From NCBI GenBank assembly GCA_030549895.1, contig JAUQQM010000001.1, positions 117,624 through 181,623 on the forward strand: DNA of 64,000 nt, given 5' to 3'. This document shows, one piece after another, positions 9,984 through 18,286 of this stretch. This stretch comes from Patescibacteria group bacterium (GTDB taxonomy: Bacteria > Patescibacteriota > Minisyncoccia > UBA6257 > HR35). The notes beneath the pieces were generated by a model. That model was not told the DNA's origin, searched no databases, and saw only the letters and a program-made list of their open reading frames with translations. The stretch's first letter is position 1. Every line of letters starts with the position of its first letter. Both the position numbers and the translations under genes were made by a program.

Positions 9984-10830
9984 ATTTTCTGGTTTTACTT
10001 TAGTTGAAGTTATAATTTATTTTGGAATTTTAATTTTTGTTCTTTCAATGGTAGTTCAAATAGTTGTTCCTTTCTTCAAGACTAGTACTCTTACAAAAGA
10101 ACAAACAACCTTAAGACAAGAAATTGCTTATCTTATTGAAAAAATTACCTCTCAAGCAAAAACTTCAAAAAATATTTATGTTACTTCAGATTGGATTTTA
10201 AATTTTGAAAAACCAGAAAATAGAACCTATCTAAGGTTTGCTAAGAGTGCTTTTCTTGATCAAAATAACGATCTTATGGGTTTTATGAGTAATTGGTTTA
10301 TTGGAAGTATTTCTTTTAACTGCAAAAATTTTACTTCAACTTGCTCAACTTATAAAGTCTGGTATAATAATAGTAATAAAAGACTTGAAGGATGGGCCTG
10401 GTCTCCAATTATTGGCTGGGTTCATTTTAATACCACAACCTATTCAGTTAATTTTAATTCTTCAACAAATGAATTTTATGGTTATGCCTGGAATGATATT
10501 ATAGGTTGGATAAAATTTAACTGTAATGAAAATGGCAATTCTTCATTATGCCAGAATAAATGGGCAGTAAAATTGAATGAATCATATCTTACAGGATATG
10601 CCTGGAACGAGACAGTTGGTTGGATAATTTTTGATGGTAAAAATCAAAATGTATATTTTAAAGACTCAAGCCAAGATGGGGAGCTTATTTCAGAAAAGAT
10701 ATTTTTTGATGAAGTAAAGTTTGAAAAAGTTAATAGTTCAATTAATGGTTATTTTAAAGCTAGCATTTCAGATAAAAAAGAATTTTCAATTCAAAATTAC
10801 ATAAATGTAATTCCAGGAAATTTAAGATGA
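9952..10830 (+). CDS. Prepilin-type protein with G[WY]AW..x..GW.xF[ND] repeats
   Basis: The class III signal is classic: a leader ending in G, then FTLVEVIIYFGILIFV. The C-terminal part has three clear 14-aa repeats. Confidence 0.75.
   Translation: MVKQNLSWQNKFSGFTLVEVIIYFGILIFVLSMVVQIVVPFFKTSTLTKEQTTLRQEIAYLIEKITSQAKTSKNIYVTSDWILNFEKPENRTYLRFAKSAFLDQNNDLMGFMSNWFIGSISFNCKNFTSTCSTYKVWYNNSNKRLEGWAWSPIIGWVHFNTTTYSVNFNSSTNEFYGYAWNDIIGWIKFNCNENGNSSLCQNKWAVKLNESYLTGYAWNETVGWIIFDGKNQNVYFKDSSQDGELISEKIFFDEVKFEKVNSSINGYFKASISDKKEFSIQNYINVIPGNLR
10390..10635 (+). repeat. Three copies of a 14-aa Trp/Gly motif within the pilin-like CDS
   Basis: The copies are GWAWSPIIGWVHFN (10390-10431), GYAWNDIIGWIKFN (10480-10521) and GYAWNETVGWIIFD (10594-10635). 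All are in frame and spaced 30 and 38 aa apart. Confidence 0.85.
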
Positions 10831-11219
10831 AACTAAAAGCCCAAGCTTCACTACCTTCATTTTTGATAATTACGCTTTTAATTTTAATTGTTATTTCTAC
10901 CCTTGGATATGCTGGAATAAATGAAATGTTTTCTGCTGAAAGAGAAAGAAATTTAAACTATGATTGGGCTCTTTTACAAAACGGCCTTAATGAAGCTCTT
11001 ATAAGACTTGCAAGAAATAAAAATATAAATGGCGAAAGTTTTATTTTAAATTTTCCTTTCGGAAGCGTAAGTACAACAATTTATCAATCTTCATCTAATG
11101 TTATTGTTGATTTAGAAGCACGACCAAGTGGCCTTCTTTCTTTAAAAAAGAGGGCTGAAGCAATTTTAAAAGTTGATAGTTTCGGCGTTATAAATTTTAT
11201 TTCATTTAAAGAAAAATAA
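10827..11219 (+). CDS. Small N-terminally anchored protein, possible minor pseudopilin
   Basis: It has an N-terminal hydrophobic helix (SLPSFLIITLLILIVISTLGYAG) and its start overlaps the preceding pilin-like gene as ATGA. No clean G-x4-E motif is present. Confidence 0.4.
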   Translation: MKLKAQASLPSFLIITLLILIVISTLGYAGINEMFSAERERNLNYDWALLQNGLNEALIRLARNKNINGESFILNFPFGSVSTTIYQSSSNVIVDLEARPSGLLSLKKRAEAILKVDSFGVINFISFKEK

Positions 11220-11222
11220 CTA

Positions 11223-11305
11223 GCCGGGGTGGTGGAATTGGTAGACACGCAACCTTCAGGAGGTTGTACCCTCGTGGTGTGTGGGTTCGAATCCCACCCC
11301 CGGCA
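11223..11305 (+). tRNA. tRNA-Leu (anticodon CAG)
   Basis: The acceptor is GCCGGGG/CCCCGGC, the anticodon loop is TTCAGGA and the T loop is TTCGAAT. It has a long variable arm. Confidence 0.85.
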
Positions 11306-11311
11306 CCTAAC

Positions 11312-13036
11312 ATGAAGACTTTAACAAAAAGACAAAAAATTTTAAAAGACTTTCAAGAAGATTTTCTTAAAATAGTTCCTTTAGGAGGACTTGAAGAGAT
11401 TGGCAGAAATATGACTTATTTTGAATATAAGGATGATATCATCATTGTTGATATGGGCTTAGGATTTCCCGATACTGAAGCTATGCCTGGAGTTGATTTT
11501 ATAATTCCTAATATTCAATCTTTAGAGGGTAAAGTAGATAAAATTAGAGGGATATTTATCACCCATGGCCACTATGATCATATAGGTGCTATTCCATATT
11601 TAATAGATAAATTAGGTAATCCACCAATTTATGCAACCCCACTTTCAAAGGGAATAATTTTAAGAAGACAAGAAGACTTTCCTTATGCCCCAAAGCTTCA
11701 AATAATAGAATTTCAAAAAAATTTAAAAGAAAAAATAAAAGTTGGTAATTTTGAAATTGAATGGTTTCATGTAAATCATAACATTCCAGATTCTGTTGGT
11801 TTTTTGATTAAAACTCCAGTAGGAAATATTATTCATACAGGCGATTTTAAAATTGATTTTACTCCGATGTGTGATTTACCAGCTGATCTTGTAAGAATAG
11901 TTGAGCTTTCAAAAGATATTACCCTTCTTATGGCAGACTCAACTAATGCAGATAAACCAGGTCATGTTATCTCTGAGAGAGAAATAATGAAAAATCTAGA
12001 AGAGATTTTTAAAGATGCTCCAAAAAGAATCTTTGCTTCTACTTTTGCTTCCTTAATTGAAAGAATTCAGCAACTTATTTGGCTTTCGGAAAAATATCAA
12101 AGAAAAGTTGTTATCGATGGTTATACCATGAAAATGAACGTTGAAGTTGCTAAAGCTATGAATTTTATTAAAGCTAATAAATTTACTTTCATTAGTCCTG
12201 AGGAAGCTTTAAAGATGGACCCTTCAAGAGTTACTGTTATTTGTACTGGAGCTCAAGGCGAGGATAATTCTGTTTTAATGAGAATTGCTAATGGTGAACA
12301 TAAATACTTTAAAATTCAACCATTAGATACCGTAATTTTTTCTTCATCTGTTGTTCCTGGTAATGAAAGATCAGTCCAAGCCTTAAAAGATCAACTTTAC
12401 AGGCAAGGAGCAAGAGTTTTTCACTATCAGATGATGGATATCCATGCTTCTGGACATGCTTATGCTGAGGACTTAAAACTTCTTTTAAAGATAGTAAATC
12501 CTAAATACTTTATGCCAATTCACGGACATTTCTATCTTTTAAAGCAAGCTGGTGAAATAGCAGAAAATCTTGGTTATTCGCCAGAGCAGATAATAATTGC
12601 CAGAAACGGTAGTGTTATTTATCTTACAAAAAATAAAGTTTGGGTAAGTGAAGAAACTGTTCCATCTAATTATGTTTTCGTTGATGGACTTGGTATTGGT
12701 GATGTTGGTGAAGTTGTCTTGCGAGATAGACAAGTTATGTCAAAAGATGGAATCTTTGTAATTCTTACTGTTATTGATAGCCAGACAGGAAGACTAAGAA
12801 CAAGCCCAGATATAATTTCTCGAGGTTTTGTTTACTTAAGAGAGTCTCAAGAACTTCTTAAAGAAGTAAGAAATCTTATTAAGAAAATAATAGCTAGATC
12901 AATAAATCAAGACTCCCCAAGACCATTTATTAACGAAGAATATATTAAAAATAACATAAAAGAGGAAGTTGGAGAATTTCTTTTTAAAAAAACTCATCGA
13001 AGACCAATGGTTATTCCTGTAATAGCTCAAGTATAA
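11312..13036 (+). CDS. rnj: Ribonuclease J (metallo-beta-lactamase/beta-CASP)
   Basis: It shows HGHYDHIG, the beta-CASP motifs and a C-terminal domain, with a length typical of RNase J. I moved the start to 11312 because the track start overlaps tRNA-Leu. Confidence 0.85.
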   Translation: MKTLTKRQKILKDFQEDFLKIVPLGGLEEIGRNMTYFEYKDDIIIVDMGLGFPDTEAMPGVDFIIPNIQSLEGKVDKIRGIFITHGHYDHIGAIPYLIDKLGNPPIYATPLSKGIILRRQEDFPYAPKLQIIEFQKNLKEKIKVGNFEIEWFHVNHNIPDSVGFLIKTPVGNIIHTGDFKIDFTPMCDLPADLVRIVELSKDITLLMADSTNADKPGHVISEREIMKNLEEIFKDAPKRIFASTFASLIERIQQLIWLSEKYQRKVVIDGYTMKMNVEVAKAMNFIKANKFTFISPEEALKMDPSRVTVICTGAQGEDNSVLMRIANGEHKYFKIQPLDTVIFSSSVVPGNERSVQALKDQLYRQGARVFHYQMMDIHASGHAYAEDLKLLLKIVNPKYFMPIHGHFYLLKQAGEIAENLGYSPEQIIIARNGSVIYLTKNKVWVSEETVPSNYVFVDGLGIGDVGEVVLRDRQVMSKDGIFVILTVIDSQTGRLRTSPDIISRGFVYLRESQELLKEVRNLIKKIIARSINQDSPRPFINEEYIKNNIKEEVGEFLFKKTHRRPMVIPVIAQV

Positions 13037-13047
13037 TTGAATTAAAT

Positions 13048-14262
13048 TTAATTTTCAACTTTTAAGAAAGGTAAAAATCCTAGAATTGCTAAACTTGTAA
13101 GACCAGAGACAACAATCAAAGGACCAAGACCAATTTTCTCATATAGCCAACCACCTAAAGCACTTGAAACCATTGCTCCTATATTCATAATTGAAGTTAC
13201 AAAAGCAAAAATACTCCCAGCAAGTTTTGGATTAGTTTTTTTAGCAGCAAAAGTAAGCATTGTTAGAAAAAAAATCATCCCCAACAGTCCAAAGACAAAA
13301 CTATCAAAGACAGCTAAGATTTTAGCAAAATTTAAATTCTTTCTTAAAAAAGGACTTAAATAAAGTAAAGCTTCAAAAGTTAAAATTCCGCCTAAAAAGA
13401 CTGACCAGAAAAGAAGTTTTTTAAATTTTATTCGTTTTGCTAGAAAAGCAAAAATTAATGTTCCAAGAGTAGAACCCAGAGCACTTAAAGAAGATAAACT
13501 ACCAAGAAATGTTTTTGAAAATTTTAAAACATCTACTTGATAATAAAACATTGGTGAGCCAAACGAAGGAGAAAATCTCCATAAAAATAAAAATAGATTA
13601 ACTAAAAGAAATTCTTTATTCAAAACAGCTGATTTAAAATTTTCTTTAAACTCTTTAAATTTTAAGATTGGTTCTTCTTCATTTTTTCTTAAAAAGAAAA
13701 ATGTCATTAAAGCTATCGTTAAAGGGAAAAAAATAGCAATACCAAAAGTTGTTTGAGCTCTTAATTTTTCCGCAGCCAAACCTCCGCTAAAACCAGTAAT
13801 AATTTGAGCTATTGAGACTCCAAACCATTGAGCTCCTTGAAACTGAATAAGTTTTTCCTCTTTTTTGCCAAGTTCGATCATTAAAGCATCAGTTACCACA
13901 TCCTGAAAAGCATAAGCAAAAGAAGAAACAGTAAGAACTATTAAAAGAAACCAAACACTGTAGCTGGGCGTAAAGGAAAGAATTAACCAACAAAAGCTTG
14001 CTATAAGACTTGTTAAAATTAGATAACTTTTTCTTTTACTTCCAAAAAGAGGAACTAAATCAGATATTAGTCCCCATAAAGGTTTTATTGCCCAACCAAG
14101 AATGGTAATAGCACTAAAATAAGCAAGTTGAGTGGCGCTTAAGTGTAACGTTTCTTTTAAAATAAAATTTAAAGTTAAATTTGGTAAAGATGAAAGCCCA
14201 TTAGTTGAGAAAAAGTAAACTGAAGCAAAAATTATCAAATATTTAATTTTCTTCAACATCAT
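13048..14262 (-). CDS. MFS transporter, folate-biopterin transporter (BT1)-like
   Basis: It has about 12 predicted TM helices. The motif GWAIKPLWGLISDLVPLFGSKRKSYL resembles the BT1-family signature. Confidence 0.55.
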   Translation of the reverse strand: MMLKKIKYLIIFASVYFFSTNGLSSLPNLTLNFILKETLHLSATQLAYFSAITILGWAIKPLWGLISDLVPLFGSKRKSYLILTSLIASFCWLILSFTPSYSVWFLLIVLTVSSFAYAFQDVVTDALMIELGKKEEKLIQFQGAQWFGVSIAQIITGFSGGLAAEKLRAQTTFGIAIFFPLTIALMTFFFLRKNEEEPILKFKEFKENFKSAVLNKEFLLVNLFLFLWRFSPSFGSPMFYYQVDVLKFSKTFLGSLSSLSALGSTLGTLIFAFLAKRIKFKKLLFWSVFLGGILTFEALLYLSPFLRKNLNFAKILAVFDSFVFGLLGMIFFLTMLTFAAKKTNPKLAGSIFAFVTSIMNIGAMVSSALGGWLYEKIGLGPLIVVSGLTSLAILGFLPFLKVEN

Positions 14263-14403
14263 GTTATTTTAATTATACTTTTAAAAGTCTCTTATTGAAA
14301 TTTTTATAAATTGTTTTATAATTTTAAAAAATAAATTTAACAGGCTAATTTCATTCTAATATGGTTTTTTATAAATTTTTGAATGGGTTAGCTTGTCCTT
14401 TTT

Positions 14404-15924
14404 ATGGCAAGCTTAGGATTTTTGATTTTATCTTTAATTTTAGGTCTTATAGGTGGTTATTTAATAAGAACATTCATTGGTTTGAAATTTTTAAGGAATG
14501 CCGAAAAGGATGCTTTAAAAAGAATTGAGGAGGCAAAGGTAAAAGAAAAAGAGATAATTCTTGAGGCAAAAAATAAAGCTGTTGGTATTCTTGAAGAAGT
14601 AAAGAAAGAAGAAAAGAAAAAATTAGAAGAATTAAGAAAGAGAGAGGAGAGAATTTTTAAAAAAGAGGAAGAACTTGATTTTAAAGAAAAAGAACTCGAA
14701 AAAGAAAAAGGTAAATTAAATCAAGAGCTTGATAAAGTTTTAGCTATAAAAAAAGAAATCGAAGAACTAAAAGAAAAAAAGATAAAAGAACTTGAGAGGA
14801 TTTCTGGTCTTAAATTAGAAGAAGCAAAGGAAATACTTCTTAAAGAAGTAGAAAGCATTTATAAAAATGAGGTTTTAGAGATAATTAAAAAATTTGAAAT
14901 ATATAGAAAAGAAGAGATAGAAAAAAGAGCAATAAATATCATAACTACAGTTTTGCCAAGATATGCAAGGTCTGTTGTTAGTGAATTTACAACCTCTCCT
15001 TTTTATCTTGAAAGTGACGAAATTAAGGGAAAAATTATAGGAAAAGAGGGAAGAAATATAAGGTATTTTGAAAATCTTACGGGTGTTGAAATTATAGTTG
15101 ATGAAACTCCAGGCGTGGTTACTCTTTCTTGTTTTGATCCAGTAAGAAGAGAAATAGCTAAACTAGCCCTAGAAAAACTTATAAAAGACGGAAGAATTCA
15201 TCCGGCAAAAATAGAAGAGAAAGTTCAAGAAGCAAAAGAGGAAATTAATCAAAAAATAAAAGAAGCAGGAGAAAATGCAGCCTACCAACTTGGCATTTTA
15301 GATCTTCCACCTCAAATTCTTCATCTTATGGGAAGGTTAGCTTTTAGAACAAGTTATGGCCAGAATGTTCTTTTACATTCGGTTGAAACTGCAATTTTTG
15401 CTCGGATGATTGCCGAAGAATTAGGGCTTGATGCTCGAATAGCTCTTTTAGGTGGTTTTCTTCATGATATAGGAAAGTCAGTTGATCATGAACTACCCGG
15501 AAATCATGTTGATCTTGGTATTAAAATTTTACAAAAATATGGAATCGATCAAAAAGTAATAGATGCAATGAAATCGCATCATGAAACTTATCCTTATGAA
15601 ATTCCAGAAGCTTATGTTGTCACCGCAGCTGATGTTCTTTCAGCTACAAGGCCTGGAGCAAGATCTGATACTTTTGAAAATTATCTTAAAAGACTTGAAG
15701 ATCTTGAAAAAATTGCTCTTTCGTTTGAAGGTGTAAATAAGGCATATGCTATTTCTGGTGGTAGAGAGATAAGAATTTTTGTTATTCCCGAGACAGTTGA
15801 TGACCTTAAAATGAGTTTTTTAGCAAAAGATATTGCGAAAAAAATAGAACAAGAATTAAAATATCCAGGTGAAATTAAGGTTGTTGTTATAAGAGAAACT
15901 AGAGCAGTAGAATTTGCTAAATAA
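14404..15924 (+). CDS. rny: Ribonuclease Y
   Basis: It has an N-terminal TM helix, a long coiled coil, a KH domain (GKIIGKEGRNIR) and an HD domain (LHDIGK). Confidence 0.9.
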   Translation: MASLGFLILSLILGLIGGYLIRTFIGLKFLRNAEKDALKRIEEAKVKEKEIILEAKNKAVGILEEVKKEEKKKLEELRKREERIFKKEEELDFKEKELEKEKGKLNQELDKVLAIKKEIEELKEKKIKELERISGLKLEEAKEILLKEVESIYKNEVLEIIKKFEIYRKEEIEKRAINIITTVLPRYARSVVSEFTTSPFYLESDEIKGKIIGKEGRNIRYFENLTGVEIIVDETPGVVTLSCFDPVRREIAKLALEKLIKDGRIHPAKIEEKVQEAKEEINQKIKEAGENAAYQLGILDLPPQILHLMGRLAFRTSYGQNVLLHSVETAIFARMIAEELGLDARIALLGGFLHDIGKSVDHELPGNHVDLGIKILQKYGIDQKVIDAMKSHHETYPYEIPEAYVVTAADVLSATRPGARSDTFENYLKRLEDLEKIALSFEGVNKAYAISGGREIRIFVIPETVDDLKMSFLAKDIAKKIEQELKYPGEIKVVVIRETRAVEFAK

Positions 15925-15931
15925 AACATTT

Positions 15932-15940
15932 TGTTATATA
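15932..15940 (+). promoter_or_regulatory. Extended -10-like box TGTTATATA, 9 nt upstream of the ATG at 15950
   Basis: It has the same TGnTATAxx-N6-10-ATG layout seen at other first genes in the window. Confidence 0.4.
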
Positions 15941-15949
15941 ATTATAATT

Positions 15950-17002
15950 ATGATAGTAAAAGAAATTTTTGAAGAACTAACTAAAGATTTAGATAAAAGA
16001 GAAAAGACAATTCTTGATTTAAGATTTGGTTTAAGTGGCAAAAAGAAATCTTTACAAGAAATAGGAGATGGTTTTGGTATTACTAAAGAAAGAGTAAGGC
16101 AAATTCAAGAAAAATTACTCAATAAATTTTATGGGAAAATTGAAGAGAATAAAAAAGTAAATAAAATTTTTGAATTAGTTTATGAGCTCCTTACTGAGAG
16201 TAATGGTTTTAAATCTAAAAATTCTTTATTAAATAAATTAGCCCAAGATTTAGAGATAAAAGAAGACGAAATTAACTATTTAAGATTCTTTTTGATTTTT
16301 GCCAAAGGGATTGAAGATATTTTAAAAGATGAATTTCATGAAGATTTTTATTCTTTAAAAGAAAGTAAAGACAAGATAGAGAAATTTTTCCATTATATTT
16401 CCGTAAAGTTTAAAAACAAGAAATATAAATGGGATGATTTCAAAGAAATATTTTCAGAAGAATTTTATAGACTTGTAAAAGAAAAGGTAGCAGATGAAAC
16501 TATCGAAGAATTTCTAAAAATATCGACTCATATTTGGCTAAACCCGTTTAATGAGGTAGGACATGTAACTTCTTTATTTATAGCCCCCAAAAATGCCCAA
16601 GATAAAATTTATGCCCTCTTTAAATATCTTAATAAACCATTACATTTTAAAGAATTACATGACCATTTAAAAAAAGTTTCTCAAAAACATCATGAATTAA
16701 TTCATCGTTTTTGGAAAAATGTGCCAAATGCAAGCACAATTCACAATGAACTTATAAAGTCAGAAAAATTTGTTTTAGTTGGAAGGGGTCTTTATGCTCT
16801 TAAAGAATGGGATTATTCTGGCCTTTTTGTCAAAGACTTAATTTTAGAAATTTTAAAAAAACATAAAAAACCAATACCAAAAGAAACTTTAAAAAAGATG
16901 GTTTTAGAAAAGAAACTTGTAAAACCTGAAACTGTTACCGCAAATCTCTATCAACTTAAAGGTAAAATTAAAATTCATCCTGAAGGCCTAGTAAGTTTAT
17001 GA
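15950..17002 (+). CDS. DNA-binding protein with sigma-70 region-4-like HTH (N-terminal) and HARE-HTH-like domain (C-terminal)
   Basis: The N-terminal REKTILDLRFGL....SLQEIGDGFGITKERVRQIQEKLLNKF matches sigma region 4. The C-terminal HFKELHDHL...STIHNELIKSEKFVLVGRGLYALKEW matches the HARE-HTH pattern. The start is set at the ATG at 15950. Confidence 0.6.
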   Translation: MIVKEIFEELTKDLDKREKTILDLRFGLSGKKKSLQEIGDGFGITKERVRQIQEKLLNKFYGKIEENKKVNKIFELVYELLTESNGFKSKNSLLNKLAQDLEIKEDEINYLRFFLIFAKGIEDILKDEFHEDFYSLKESKDKIEKFFHYISVKFKNKKYKWDDFKEIFSEEFYRLVKEKVADETIEEFLKISTHIWLNPFNEVGHVTSLFIAPKNAQDKIYALFKYLNKPLHFKELHDHLKKVSQKHHELIHRFWKNVPNASTIHNELIKSEKFVLVGRGLYALKEWDYSGLFVKDLILEILKKHKKPIPKETLKKMVLEKKLVKPETVTANLYQLKGKIKIHPEGLVSL

Positions 17003-18285
17003 GAGAATTTTTAAGTTTTTTTTATCTTTATCTTTCTTCTATCTGGTTTATAGTTCTTCCCCCGGCCATTTGGTTTATTTTTAAAAGTATTTGGATTATA
17101 ACTATAAGAATAGAGCATAACATTACGAAAAGAAAATGGATTTTTTTAGAGATAAAACCTCCATTTTTTCAAGAAAAATCTCCTCTTTCAATGGAGCAAG
17201 TTTTTGCTTCTCTTCATGGGATTTATGTTAAAGGAAAGCCAAATAAAAGATATTTAGAGGGTTATACTCCTCCATGGTATATTTTTGAACTTGTAGCCAA
17301 TGACCATGCTTTAAGATTTTTTGTAAGAATAGAAGAAAGATTTAAGAATTTTGTTGAAAGTAGAATTTATAGTCAATTTCCTGAAGTCTCAATTCAGCAG
17401 GTTCAAGATCCTCTAAGACTTCTTCCGCCTTATCTTCCAAATAAAGATTATGATCTTTTTGGTACAGAATTTAAACTTTCTAATGAAAATCCTTATCCTA
17501 TAAGAACTTATATTGATTTTGAAAAACCAGGACTAACGACAACAACTGAACAAAAAATAGATCCTATTACTTTACTTTCTGAAGCAGCCGGAGAATTTGA
17601 CAAAAATGAATGGTTAATTATTCAAATTTTTGCTCGTCCAGTTCCAGGAGAGGAAGATGAAGAATTTTCATTTCTTTGGGTTGAAAGAGGTAAAGAAATA
17701 ATAGATGAGATTTTTAAAAGAGCTAAAAAGAAAGAGATAGGATATTTGGATGAAATTTTGGAATTCACCATAAATCTTTTAAAAGCGCCATTTTCTTTTC
17801 CAAAATACAAAAGTTCTAAAGAAGAAAAAGAAGTACCTATAACTTTAATGATGCTAGATCCAATTCAAAGGCTTAAAGTAGAAAAAATTACTGAAAAAAC
17901 TTCCAAAATAGGTTTTCAATGTGGCATAAGGTCATGCTATCTGGCTAAAAGGGAAATTTTTAAAAAGTTTGCTGGTTCACGAATACCACTTCTTTTTAGT
18001 ATTTTCAAAAATTTTGAAAATGCTCATTTAAATGGATTTTCTGATGTAAAGGAAGTAAGAACAAAAGCTTATTATTATTTTGTGGAAAGAAGAGAATTTC
18101 AAAAAAAGAGGAATTTACATTATTCTATGAGGTATTTTTTCTGGCCATCAAGAAAATTTATTTTGAATATAGAAGAACTTACTTCTTTATTCCATTTTCC
18201 AAGAACAAGACTTGTTGAAACTGGTATTGAAAGAATTAAACTAAAACAGATGCCTCCACCACCAGATTTACCTTTAGTAGAATAA
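16999..18285 (+). CDS. Membrane-anchored hypothetical protein, partner of the downstream VirD4-like ATPase
   Basis: It has two N-terminal TM helices and then a roughly 370-aa soluble part with no motif I recognise. Its start overlaps the upstream gene as ATGA, and its stop lies 1 nt before the next ATG. Confidence 0.6.
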   Translation: MREFLSFFYLYLSSIWFIVLPPAIWFIFKSIWIITIRIEHNITKRKWIFLEIKPPFFQEKSPLSMEQVFASLHGIYVKGKPNKRYLEGYTPPWYIFELVANDHALRFFVRIEERFKNFVESRIYSQFPEVSIQQVQDPLRLLPPYLPNKDYDLFGTEFKLSNENPYPIRTYIDFEKPGLTTTTEQKIDPITLLSEAAGEFDKNEWLIIQIFARPVPGEEDEEFSFLWVERGKEIIDEIFKRAKKKEIGYLDEILEFTINLLKAPFSFPKYKSSKEEKEVPITLMMLDPIQRLKVEKITEKTSKIGFQCGIRSCYLAKREIFKKFAGSRIPLLFSIFKNFENAHLNGFSDVKEVRTKAYYYFVERREFQKKRNLHYSMRYFFWPSRKFILNIEELTSLFHFPRTRLVETGIERIKLKQMPPPPDLPLVE

Positions 18286-18286
18286 C

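Noticed and set aside
14263-14403. The 141-bp spacer between the divergent MFS transporter and rny, including a 55-codon ORF starting at 14361, considered as a possible regulatory RNA or small gene.
   Set aside because: I found no convincing secondary structure or conserved motif. The ORF is out of frame with rny and its translation is low-complexity. The spacer is most simply a divergent promoter region.
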